Of a stretch of 64,000 nucleotides of DNA, positions 19,834-28,746 are shown piece by piece. How positions within the stretch are numbered: position 1 is the first letter of the stretch; every line of letters starts with the position of its first letter. The notes under the pieces are model-generated. The model did no database searches and was not told the origin of the DNA. It saw only the letters and a list, made by a program, of their open reading frames with translations. The translations under genes were made by a program, and so were the position numbers. Source of the DNA: Candidatus Kapaibacterium sp. (lineage in GTDB: Bacteria; Bacteroidota; Ignavibacteria; Kapaibacteriales; UBA2268); NCBI GenBank assembly GCA_965140345.1, contig OZ223197.1, forward strand, positions 1,070,726 through 1,134,725. Reading direction: 5' to 3'.

Positions 19834-20829
19834 ATGAAAGGTCTTGTTATAGCCGTTTCAGTGACACTGTCATTTATTCTGGGATTTATTCCCAATATAA
19901 ATAAACCTAAACCACTGTGGTGGAAACTACTTACAATTACTACTATTACACTTGCCATTATACTTACTCTTTTTCCTCCTATCGCAGGAAATTTTGCAGA
20001 TTTGAAATTTGTATCAGGATGGGAAGATGGAAAGCATATAAATTTACTTGTAAGTTATGACCGGGCTGAAGATGGGACAGCTATTTTCACAGATGATTAT
20101 GGAGAATCATTCCCTATCGCAAACACAGATAGTTATGGGCTTGAAAAGGGTAATAAATATATTATTAATACCACTTTGGCAGATAATAATTATAAAGCTG
20201 TTGAACTTGTTTCTACTAATCCAATAATGACATATCCTTATATCCCTAACCTGGAAGATAGAACCAAGATTCTAAATTTCCATGTACCTATGGCTTGGAT
20301 TTCTGTTTTGGCTTATTTAATTTCTATGATTTATGCCATTCAGTACCTTAGAACAAAAGATTTAAAATATGATGTACCACTGAGTGCTTCAGCTGCACTT
20401 GGTACTTTGTTTGCTATCTTAGCTACTGTAACAGGTATGCTTTGGGCCAAATTCAACTGGGGAAGCTTTTGGAACTGGGATCCCCGTCAAACATCAATAC
20501 TTATACTTCTATTGATTTACGCAGCGTTCTTCGCTTTGCGTTCTTCTATTGATGTAGCAGAATCAAAAGCGCGACTAAGCTCTGTTTATTCAATTCTAGC
20601 TTTCGTGACAGTTCCGTTTCTTGTGTTCATTTTGCCGCGAATGTCAACCGGACTTCATCCTGGCTCAGCGGATGACACAAATGCCGGACCTCTTGTCAGC
20701 AATCAGGCAGGTATGCTTGATTCCAGTATGCTTTTCAGCTTTGGATTGGCAATGTTCGGATTTTCAATGTTTTTCTTTTGGCTATTAAATTTACAGATAA
20801 GAATTACGAAAAATAGAGGAGAAATATAG
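19834..20829 (+). CDS. ccmC: heme exporter protein CcmC with an unusual N-terminal extension of roughly 120 aa
   Basis: WWD motif WGSFWNWDPRQTS and an HVP motif (NFHVPMAW). The extra N-terminus has two TM helices plus a periplasmic segment. Confidence 0.78.
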   Translation: MKGLVIAVSVTLSFILGFIPNINKPKPLWWKLLTITTITLAIILTLFPPIAGNFADLKFVSGWEDGKHINLLVSYDRAEDGTAIFTDDYGESFPIANTDSYGLEKGNKYIINTTLADNNYKAVELVSTNPIMTYPYIPNLEDRTKILNFHVPMAWISVLAYLISMIYAIQYLRTKDLKYDVPLSASAALGTLFAILATVTGMLWAKFNWGSFWNWDPRQTSILILLLIYAAFFALRSSIDVAESKARLSSVYSILAFVTVPFLVFILPRMSTGLHPGSADDTNAGPLVSNQAGMLDSSMLFSFGLAMFGFSMFFFWLLNLQIRITKNRGEI

Positions 20830-20964
20830 ATGCTGGACTTTTTGCATGATAATTCAATTTTTGTAGTGCTTGGCATTACATTGATAATCTGGACAGGTAT
20901 AGTAACTTATATGATGTCCTTAGATAAAAAAGTAAAGAAGCTTGAAGAGCTTAATGAAGAATAA
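20830..20964 (+). CDS. ccmD: CcmD-like small single-TM protein (44 aa), not in the supplied ORF track
   Basis: ATG directly follows the ccmC stop. Sequence MLDFLHDNSIFVVLGITLIIWTGIVTYMMSLDKKVKKLEELNEE is a TM helix followed by a charged tail. Confidence 0.4.
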   Translation: MLDFLHDNSIFVVLGITLIIWTGIVTYMMSLDKKVKKLEELNEE

Positions 20965-21007
20965 AAAAGAAAGCCGGTGTCATTTTGATGTGATACCGGC
21001 TTTTTTC
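20963..21007. terminator. bidirectional rho-independent terminator between convergent ccmCD and the TlpA-like lipoprotein gene
   Basis: Hairpin agccggtgtca..tgataccggct flanked by an A-run and a T-run. Confidence 0.6.
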
Positions 21008-21013
21008 ATATGC

Positions 21014-22198
21014 TTATTGATTTTCTTTTATTAGTTTAATTAGAGTTTTGTCTAATTCTTTATCGTATCCAGCATGTTTATGTAAAAGTTTACCTTCTTT
21101 ATCAATCACTAATAAAGAAGGATATCCTTCAATATTTAAAAGCTTAGCAACTTCATCTCCATCTACTAAAGTTGGATAACTAACGCCTTTTTCTTTCAAA
21201 AATGCTTTTGGATCAGCACTTTCTTTTTCCCTGCAACTAATACCATAAATATAAGCATTCTCTTTCATATCTTGATAAACGGCTTCCATTTTAGGCATAG
21301 CAACAACACACCAAATACACCAAGTTCCCCAAAAATCTAAAACAACAGGTTTTCCTCTAAGACTTTCTAAACTAACTTCTTTGCCATCGGCATCTTTTAG
21401 AGTAAAGTTAGGAACTACATCTCCAATATTTAATTCGGTGCTTTTTACTTCTTGTTGTTGTTTCTTGTCGTCTTTAGCAAAAAACTCTTCTACTGTTATA
21501 TAATCTTGAGGAATATTTATAACAAAATTAGCGTCATCTATGTCAGGAACAGATTCAATTTTATTTACATATAGATTTTTTTTCTGTACAAGGTGGTCAC
21601 CATTTTTAATAGTAGACCATTCTTCTAATGGGAAACCAGTTTTTTTGGAAATAAACTGATCAGTATAAAAATCCAAATCTAGTTCATCATCATGAGATTT
21701 GTTAGAAATGTGATACACTTCTTCATTGTTGATAGTTGTATCAATTCCCCAAACATAATCATCAAATTTGTCGCTGGAATCAACTGTGGACGAAAAATCT
21801 TCGAAAGTTGCAAAAGGTAGGAAGTTTTTTATTTCTTCTGAATTACGCTGTATCTCCATATTATATTCTTGCGGATTAGTCATCACTTTAAACCACTTAT
21901 CTTTATGATTGACTATTGTAAATTTTTCTCCGTTAAATGCCGCCTCAAGTTCATTATCAATAATTACAAACTTAAAGTCTTTTCCATTTTCTTCCATTTC
22001 AGCTTTTATGGTTTTTGTTTCCGGTTTAGCAGTATTTTCAGAAAAACCTTTAGCCTTTGTGATCTCAGCTTTAATCGCTTTTACAGTTGATCTTGTTTTG
22101 TAAGTAGTTTTTAGCATATCTTTCATTGTAGCAGGTCTCTGCTCAGAACAAGCTGCAAATGCTAGAACCAATAATAGAGTAGCAGTAATTTTTTTCAT
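21014..22198 (-). CDS. lipoprotein with a C-terminal TlpA-like thiol:disulfide oxidoreductase (redoxin) domain
   Basis: Lipobox LAFAAC and a thioredoxin motif FWGTWCIWC. Confidence 0.7.
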   Translation of the reverse strand: MKKITATLLLVLAFAACSEQRPATMKDMLKTTYKTRSTVKAIKAEITKAKGFSENTAKPETKTIKAEMEENGKDFKFVIIDNELEAAFNGEKFTIVNHKDKWFKVMTNPQEYNMEIQRNSEEIKNFLPFATFEDFSSTVDSSDKFDDYVWGIDTTINNEEVYHISNKSHDDELDLDFYTDQFISKKTGFPLEEWSTIKNGDHLVQKKNLYVNKIESVPDIDDANFVINIPQDYITVEEFFAKDDKKQQQEVKSTELNIGDVVPNFTLKDADGKEVSLESLRGKPVVLDFWGTWCIWCVVAMPKMEAVYQDMKENAYIYGISCREKESADPKAFLKEKGVSYPTLVDGDEVAKLLNIEGYPSLLVIDKEGKLLHKHAGYDKELDKTLIKLIKENQ

Positions 22199-22229
22199 TT
22201 TGATCTCAAATATTATATATTAATGTATA

Positions 22230-23543
22230 TTATTTCTTTTTTTGTGCGTTTTCAGCTTTTTTTAGGAACTCTGCAGCCTTCTCTTGATTGCCGGCGAAAC
22301 TATACACAGCAGAAATATTCTTCAGAGTTTTGACAGTCATATCCGACTTAGCTCCAAGTTTCTTTTCAAAGATTGATAATGCTTTATTTAAATAAGTCAA
22401 AGCATAATCGTATTTATGAGTTTTTGCCAGTATGGTTGCTAAATTATTCATAATATAAGCAATTTCAACATCATCATTGCCTAAAGCTTTTTGTTTTGTT
22501 TCGAGTACTTTTAAATAAATCCTTTCAGCTGAAGCTAAGTCCCCTTTTTCCTGGTAAACAGCAGCAAGGTTATTAAACACAGTCGCAATCTTTATGTCAT
22601 TTGTATCACTTACAGCTTGGAATTGCGCAGCTGATTTAACAAAATATTCTTCAGCTTTGTCATATAGCTTTCTTGTTCTGTAAAAATCACCAATATTATT
22701 GAACAGTACAGCAATAGGTTCGTATTTTTCGCCGTGATTTTCTTTATAAATTTTTACAATTGAAAGCATAATACTTTCAAATTTTTTCAAGCTATCCATT
22801 CTTACATAGATTTCACCCACTCTATGCAAATCTTCCACAGTATTCTGGCTGTACTGTCCAAAGTTTTTTACTTTTATCTCAATATTTCTTTCAATCAAAG
22901 CTTTAGCAGCAAACAGTGAATCCTGCTGCATGTAAATATTCGATAAATATGATATAGGTGCTATTAGTGACTGATGCTCTCCGCCATAAGACATACCGCG
23001 GATTCTTATGCAATAAAACAGCATTATTTTTGATTTTTCAACTTCACCTAATTCCTGCAGTAGCATGGCATAATTGAAATAAGTATCAGCAAGACTCAAA
23101 TCTGCCTCTCCCAGAATAACTTTTTTGATACCTATAGATTTTTTGAATAGCTTTTCTGCTTCCTTATACTTACCAAGACCTGTTTTAGTTTTAGCAAGAT
23201 TATCCATAGCAGTTGTGGCTTCACGTGTAGAGTCTTTTTTATTCTGATTGAATGATTCTACTGCCTTTTCAAAGTGTTTTTCAGCATCATTCAGCTCTTC
23301 AATATTTAGATAAGCAACACCTGCCATATTATGTGAACTTCCGGCTCTAATACTCATTATGCCATACTTTTCTTCTGCATATTTTGCAGCTTTTGAAGCG
23401 GCTTGAGACGCGCCTTGAAAGTCCTGATTTCTGAGCATTTCTAAAACATTTTTCATTGACTTTTCCCAAGGATCATCTTCAGCATGTAGATTTACAAAGC
23501 TTAGAAAGCAGGTTAGCAGCAAAATTCCAATCAATTTATTCAT
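22230..23543 (-). CDS. secreted tetratricopeptide-repeat protein
   Basis: Signal peptide and multiple TPR-like repeats (AxxYxxLG..Y..A). Adjacent to the ccm genes, so a CcmI/CycH-like role is possible. Confidence 0.65.
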   Translation of the reverse strand: MNKLIGILLLTCFLSFVNLHAEDDPWEKSMKNVLEMLRNQDFQGASQAASKAAKYAEEKYGIMSIRAGSSHNMAGVAYLNIEELNDAEKHFEKAVESFNQNKKDSTREATTAMDNLAKTKTGLGKYKEAEKLFKKSIGIKKVILGEADLSLADTYFNYAMLLQELGEVEKSKIMLFYCIRIRGMSYGGEHQSLIAPISYLSNIYMQQDSLFAAKALIERNIEIKVKNFGQYSQNTVEDLHRVGEIYVRMDSLKKFESIMLSIVKIYKENHGEKYEPIAVLFNNIGDFYRTRKLYDKAEEYFVKSAAQFQAVSDTNDIKIATVFNNLAAVYQEKGDLASAERIYLKVLETKQKALGNDDVEIAYIMNNLATILAKTHKYDYALTYLNKALSIFEKKLGAKSDMTVKTLKNISAVYSFAGNQEKAAEFLKKAENAQKKK

Positions 23544-23660
23544 CTTATATCCGTTCCTCTGTTAAATTTGCCTAAGTTTAGGCGAAATTGTTTGTTAATG
23601 TATAATTTTTTTTCTTATATTATAACATATTACCCTCTAACAATATAAAAGGTTCTTGTT

Positions 23661-24056
23661 ATGAAAGCCAAATATATTATCACGGCAATAATTGCGCTCG
23701 CATTTGTAGCGCTTGCTTATTCTGCTTTTGACAGCAGTAAAATTGAATATACGGATTTTACTTATGCAAAAAAAACAGGTAATACCGTTCAGGTTACAGG
23801 CTCGTGGGATAAATCTGAAAATTACGATTACAATGCCGAAACCAACACATTCACTTTTACTATGATTGATGAGCAAGCAAATAGCTCAAAAGTAGTTTAC
23901 CACGGTGCAAAACCAAATAACTTTGATATTGCGCCTATGGTAGTAATTAAAGGACAGTTTGAAGATGGTATTTTTATGGCATCAGATATTCTGACTAAGT
24001 GTCCATCAAAGTACGAAGCTGATTTCGAAGAAATCAAGAAAAACGCAAAAGTATAA
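23661..24056 (+). CDS. ccmE: cytochrome c maturation heme chaperone CcmE, CxxxY variant
   Basis: N-terminal TM anchor, OB-fold region VVYHGAKPNNFDIAPMVVIKGQF, and the C-terminal motif TKCPSKY where canonical CcmE has HxxxY. Confidence 0.72.
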   Translation: MKAKYIITAIIALAFVALAYSAFDSSKIEYTDFTYAKKTGNTVQVTGSWDKSENYDYNAETNTFTFTMIDEQANSSKVVYHGAKPNNFDIAPMVVIKGQFEDGIFMASDILTKCPSKYEADFEEIKKNAKV

Positions 24057-24071
24057 CACTAACAGAAAGGA

Positions 24072-26234
24072 ATGCCTATGTTTGGCTCTATACTTATACA
24101 CGGTCTCCTTGGGCTGTCTATAATCACAACTATAATGTACTTCTTAGCTTACAAGAGAGAGAATATTGTTAAAACAGCAAGTGCTTTTTATCATGTTATA
24201 ACTCTGGGAATGATAGTTGCTTCTGCGTATCTTCTTTACAATGTTATGACTCACAATTTCTCTTTTACATATATATGGAGATATTCTTCTACAGAGCTTC
24301 CTAATTTCCTACTTGCAACTACATTTTATGCAGGACAGGAAGGTTCATTTACTCTATGGGCTTTGATGCTCTCAATTATTGGTAGTTTGGTGATTCCTTA
24401 TGTAAGAAAGCATAACTACGAAGCTCCTGTGATGAGTATGTACTCTCTGATACTGGTATTTATATTTCTGATTATGATAAATAAAAGTCCATTTGAATAT
24501 ATTTGGAATTCATTCCCTGACCAAAATATAGAAGTAGGCTTTATGCCTGCAAATGGTAATGGTTTGAATCCTATATTGCAAAACTATTGGAATGTTATTC
24601 ACCCTCCTATTTTATTCTTAGGATTTTCTGCAATGTCTGTGCCTTTTGCTTTTGCATTTGCAGGACTAATTAAACGCGATTATTCTAACTGGATAAAAGT
24701 TTCTATGCCCTGGACTTTATTTGCCACAGGCTTACTTTCTTTAGGTATTATGCTTGGTGGTTTCTGGGCTTATGAAACTCTTGGCTGGGGCGGTTTCTGG
24801 GGATGGGATCCTGTTGAAAATGCATCACTTATTCCTTTGCTAACTGCGATTGCTCTTGTTCACACTATGCTTGTACAAAAACGTACAGGCGGTCTAATAC
24901 GTACTAACTTTATTCTTGCCATAACAAGTTTTGTATTAGTAATTTACTCTACGTTCTTAACTCGAAGTGGAGTATTAGGCGATTCTTCTGTTCACTCTTT
25001 TGGTGATCCGGGGCAGCTTACTTATACTTTGCTTTTAGCATTTTTAGCTTTCTTTACTTTGATCGGTGTTGTTGCATTGCTTATGAGATATTCTGATATA
25101 AGTAAAGTTGCTGGAAAAATGGACTTCCAGATGAGCTCCAGAGAATTTATGCTTTCATTGGGATCTCTGGTAATTCTAGCAATTGCAGCTTTTGTTCTTG
25201 TCGGAACAAGCTGGCCAATAATTCAGGAAATTCTCGGTCAGTCAAAAACTGGTGTTCAGATTTCTATCTATGACAAAGGCTCATTACCACTTACTGCAAT
25301 TGGATTAGTACTTATGGTATTCTCAGTTTTCTTAAACTGGAAAGTGACACCTGCAGAAATCTTAGTGAAAAAAACATGGCTAAGCATAATATTAGCTGCT
25401 GTATTTACTAATATTTTTATTTTGATTGGCTTCAATGAATTCCGTCATATTGCGTTAGGTTTTGCTGCTTTCTTTGCATTATTTACTAACCTGCAATACT
25501 TATTCAAAACAGTAAAAAAATATCCTAGATTAATTGGAGGATATTTATCACACTTTGGATTTGCGCTTTTGATTTTGGGTGTAATTGCTACAGGTGGCTA
25601 TACTGAATCTAAACAAATGACTTTGAAAAAAGATCAAGTTCAGGAATTTGCAGGCTACGAATTTAAATTTATCGGTAAAAATCAAATTGAAAAAGAATTT
25701 AAAGATAGAGAAAAATTCCAATATTTAGTTCAAGTTACAAAGAATGGTGAAAGTGATGTAGCTAAACCAATAATCTACTATTCTGACTTCAATCAGAGAC
25801 AACAGCCTTTCTTGGAACCTGGAATTTTGGAATCATTTTCTGCTGATATTTATCTTTCTCCAAATGTAGCTGACTATAAATACGATATTCCTATTATATC
25901 ATTAGGTAAAGATGACAAAATCGAAGTACCTCTTACAGATAATCTTGAGATGAAGGTGACAGGTTTCGATATGCAGTCAATGATGTCAGGTGATTCCAAT
26001 AATGGTTTACTTCCTTTTGGCGCAATAGTAGAATTTTCAGATGGAGACAATACATTCGTTGATACTCTATATTCAAATTTAGATGCGCAGTCTTTTGTTG
26101 GCGATCCGAACTGGAAAACAATGGAAAAATATGGTGCTGATATTGCTTTAGTACAATTTATTCCTAATATGCAAGAAATGGGCAAATCCCGCGTCGCTTT
26201 TATTTTTGAAGCAAGCCGGGGCAGAAATGCCTGA
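24072..26234 (+). CDS. ccmF: cytochrome c-type biogenesis protein CcmF; the reading frame ends prematurely (apparent +1 frameshift) and the C-terminus continues in 26206..26448
   Basis: WWD motif GWGGFWGWDPVENASL and a polytopic N-terminus. The frame stops at 26234 shortly after a T5 run. Confidence 0.8.
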   Translation: MPMFGSILIHGLLGLSIITTIMYFLAYKRENIVKTASAFYHVITLGMIVASAYLLYNVMTHNFSFTYIWRYSSTELPNFLLATTFYAGQEGSFTLWALMLSIIGSLVIPYVRKHNYEAPVMSMYSLILVFIFLIMINKSPFEYIWNSFPDQNIEVGFMPANGNGLNPILQNYWNVIHPPILFLGFSAMSVPFAFAFAGLIKRDYSNWIKVSMPWTLFATGLLSLGIMLGGFWAYETLGWGGFWGWDPVENASLIPLLTAIALVHTMLVQKRTGGLIRTNFILAITSFVLVIYSTFLTRSGVLGDSSVHSFGDPGQLTYTLLLAFLAFFTLIGVVALLMRYSDISKVAGKMDFQMSSREFMLSLGSLVILAIAAFVLVGTSWPIIQEILGQSKTGVQISIYDKGSLPLTAIGLVLMVFSVFLNWKVTPAEILVKKTWLSIILAAVFTNIFILIGFNEFRHIALGFAAFFALFTNLQYLFKTVKKYPRLIGGYLSHFGFALLILGVIATGGYTESKQMTLKKDQVQEFAGYEFKFIGKNQIEKEFKDREKFQYLVQVTKNGESDVAKPIIYYSDFNQRQQPFLEPGILESFSADIYLSPNVADYKYDIPIISLGKDDKIEVPLTDNLEMKVTGFDMQSMMSGDSNNGLLPFGAIVEFSDGDNTFVDTLYSNLDAQSFVGDPNWKTMEKYGADIALVQFIPNMQEMGKSRVAFIFEASRGRNA

Positions 26235-26448
26235 ACCTGTAGAATACTTTAGCTTTGAAGCTTCAGTAAAACCGCTAATAAATTTGGTTTGGGCAGGTAC
26301 GCTTGCAATCGTGGCAGGTTTCTTCATTGCTATTGGCAAATACACAAAAAATAAAGAAACAAATTTTGAAAAAACAAACTCAAAAGATGTAGAAATCGAA
26401 AATAATAGCAATAATTTAGAAGAAAAGCCGTATATTGCTAGTAAGTAA
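26206..26448 (+). CDS. ccmF: C-terminal fragment of CcmF in the +1 frame (final TM helix)
   Basis: VKPLINLVWAGTLAIVAGFFIAIGKY resembles the conserved CcmF C-terminal helix. The TTG 'start' here is probably not a real initiation site. Confidence 0.5.
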   Translation: MKQAGAEMPEPVEYFSFEASVKPLINLVWAGTLAIVAGFFIAIGKYTKNKETNFEKTNSKDVEIENNSNNLEEKPYIASK

Positions 26449-26471
26449 TATATTATATATCAGGAGAAATC

Positions 26472-27080
26472 ATGTTTTACAAACAACTAATAGCAATTAT
26501 TTTTGCGATGACTTTGGCATTTACCACTGCTTGTAGCAGCGATGCAGATAAAACTCAAACTAAAGATGTAGCAGCTAACTTGAGCGCAGAAGCTCCGGCT
26601 GCAAATACCTCCGTTTTTGTTATGGAAAATTTAAGTACCGGAGAAAATCCTTTACCTGATTTTACATGGCATCAGGACGGCAAAACAATTAAATTTTCTG
26701 ACTATATCAAAGGTAAAACTGTTTTTCTTAACTTCTGGGGAACCTGGTGTCCTCCTTGTAGAGCAGAAATTCCTCATATAGTTGAATTGCAAAAAGAGTA
26801 TAAAGATAAAGATTTTGTAGTGGTTGGCTTTGCATTAGAACGTAACCAAACGGTTTCAGGTGTTCAAAAATTTGTGGACGCTAAAGGAATCAATTACATT
26901 AACTTTTTTGCTTTAGGTTCACTACAAAATACAGCGAAACTTGTTGAGCATTTTGGCGGAGTGCAGGCTGTTCCGACTACTTTCATCTTCAACAGTAAAG
27001 GCGAAAAAGTAGAAACTATAGTTGGCGGAAGAGACTACAAATCGTTTAAAGCATCAATTGAAAAAGCACTGAAAAGCTAA
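26472..27080 (+). CDS. thiol:disulfide interchange protein (CcmG/ResA/TlpA family) with a lipoprotein signal
   Basis: FLNFWGTWCPPCRAEIPH thioredoxin motif; signal peptide with TTAC. Confidence 0.8.
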   Translation: MFYKQLIAIIFAMTLAFTTACSSDADKTQTKDVAANLSAEAPAANTSVFVMENLSTGENPLPDFTWHQDGKTIKFSDYIKGKTVFLNFWGTWCPPCRAEIPHIVELQKEYKDKDFVVVGFALERNQTVSGVQKFVDAKGINYINFFALGSLQNTAKLVEHFGGVQAVPTTFIFNSKGEKVETIVGGRDYKSFKASIEKALKS

Positions 27081-27103
27081 TCAATTTAAAAATACAAAGA
27101 TGT

Positions 27104-27139
27104 AAAAAGGGAGACTTTAGAGTTTCCCTTTTTTTTTTG
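27104..27139. terminator. rho-independent terminator (bidirectional) after the ccmG-like gene
   Basis: Hairpin gggagact-ttag-agtttccc followed by T10. Confidence 0.6.
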
Positions 27140-27171
27140 TGAATGTCAAATATATTATTAGATATATTGAA

Positions 27172-27349
27172 TAGGCTGTCTTGGAAAGTAGAGTAATCTT
27201 TTAAAAAGCCAGACAAAGTGATAAACTTAATCTAAGACAAGTGCAACCGCAAAGGTCACTGAGCTAGCAAAGCGAGTTGAAGTGTAGCTTGCGGTTATTA
27301 TCACAGGTTTTAGTTAGATTATAGTCTAAATATGACTCATAAGACAGCC
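27172..27349. ncRNA. candidate structured ncRNA or structured 3'UTR (GC-rich, nested inverted repeats); identity unknown
   Basis: Perfect 10-bp closing stem (aggctgtctt at 27172-27181 pairing with aagacagcct at 27340-27349). Internal pairs taatctaa/ttagatta and aaccgcaa/ttgcggtt. Local GC is well above the surrounding intergenic DNA. Confidence 0.25.
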
Positions 27350-27373
27350 TCTCTACAGATATGATATTTGTTT

Positions 27374-27886
27374 CTACACTAACATCAGTGCCAGAGTTGT
27401 ACCAAGCCCCGCAATGAGCGAAGTAACAAAGATTATACTTAATGTAGCCATTTTGCTTTCGTAGAGATGCATATATGCATAAAGTCCTATTGTAGGAAGC
27501 AATTCATCACTGTGCTCAGATTCTAACTCGCCAACATTTTTAGTGCTTCTTTTCGCTTTTATCATCGGTCCTTTTCCATTTTGCAGAGTCCATTCCTTTG
27601 CAATCATCCTACCATCTGTCTTGAAATTGTACCTTGTATCCTGATACCAGATTTCTGCATTTTTAAAATTTTGATCAAAACAAATATCTGCAATTATATC
27701 GCCATTTCCGCTCTTGAGTTTTAACTTTTTGCTGAGTAAACCATCTGACTTGAAGAAATAGCTGCTATTCTGAGCTTCGCAGATGCAGCGATAACGATTT
27801 GACATACGGAGAAGTGCAACTTGCTTTTTGGATTGCCCTAGTGAAAGAGTTCTGTCATCGGAATTATAATCCCAGTGATATTTCAT
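27374..27886 (-). CDS. hypothetical protein with a C-terminal TM anchor
   Basis: 170 aa. C-terminal hydrophobic helix LSIIFVTSLIAGLGTTLALMLV. Confidence 0.4.
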   Translation of the reverse strand: MKYHWDYNSDDRTLSLGQSKKQVALLRMSNRYRCICEAQNSSYFFKSDGLLSKKLKLKSGNGDIIADICFDQNFKNAEIWYQDTRYNFKTDGRMIAKEWTLQNGKGPMIKAKRSTKNVGELESEHSDELLPTIGLYAYMHLYESKMATLSIIFVTSLIAGLGTTLALMLV

Positions 27887-28025
27887 TTCTATACTCCCAC
27901 ATTTAATATACTGGAATGTATATATTTTTTATTTCCCCGACAAGTCATTTTTTGTTTATTATATAAAAAAACCACAAGTATTACTACCTGTGGTTCGAAA
28001 GATATATTTTAATAGTCTTTGTTTT

Positions 28026-28676
28026 TTATTCGCCAAATTTCATTAAGTTTTCCATACTGGGAACTTTATTAGGATCAACAAATTTAATCCCTTTAGGTGC
28101 TTCAAATTTTGAATCCGGCACTGATACATCCAATTTGATACTAGTAGCTTCCATTTTAGATTTCATTCCCCAACCGCTACTCTCTGATTTCAAAGTCAGA
28201 TTTTTCCAAACCCAAATTTTGATATCCATACCCATTGTATTCCCTTTCCATATCTCACATTTCTTTCCTGCAACTGTTCCTGTTTCACTTAGTTTTGTAT
28301 ATTCCATTGCTTTTAACATTTCTTTACCAAATTCTGCAGGGTCTATATTTTCTTCAGCCATGGCTACTGCAACTTCATTTTTCATCTTAATACCAGTCTT
28401 TTTATCAAAATCCACAGAAATCATATCATAACCATCTAGTATAACAACTTCATTTTTTTCAGAAGAAAACCCCATAGCTTCTGCACTTGATTTTTCATAA
28501 GTTGCTTCTTTAAAACCATATTCCTTGATGTACTTTGTTTTAGTACCTTTAGAACTACCTGAAAGTTTATATTCTACAATAGCAGATTTAAATTCATATA
28601 ACTTGAATTTATTAGAACCGGCAAACGCTACTGAGAATACAGCAAGCAACAAAAACAACTTTAGCACATTTTTCAT
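28026..28676 (-). CDS. hypothetical secreted protein
   Basis: Signal peptide MKNVLKLFLLLAVFSVAFA. No known domain. Confidence 0.45.
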   Translation of the reverse strand: MKNVLKLFLLLAVFSVAFAGSNKFKLYEFKSAIVEYKLSGSSKGTKTKYIKEYGFKEATYEKSSAEAMGFSSEKNEVVILDGYDMISVDFDKKTGIKMKNEVAVAMAEENIDPAEFGKEMLKAMEYTKLSETGTVAGKKCEIWKGNTMGMDIKIWVWKNLTLKSESSGWGMKSKMEATSIKLDVSVPDSKFEAPKGIKFVDPNKVPSMENLMKFGE

Positions 28677-28746
28677 TTTACTTTAAACTATTTAGTTAAA
28701 CAAATATGATACAATATAATAGAATTTTTATTAATATTTGTTTTTT

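Noticed and set aside
23544-23660. Small hairpin gccta-agtt-taggc between the divergent TPR gene and ccmE, as a possible regulatory element
   Set aside because: It is a 5-bp stem with no flanking U-run, lying in a divergent promoter region. It is too weak to call.
26206-26448. Independent 80-aa gene after ccmF
   Set aside because: Its content (a conserved CcmF C-terminal helix) and TTG 'start' indicate it is the frameshifted continuation of ccmF rather than a separate gene.
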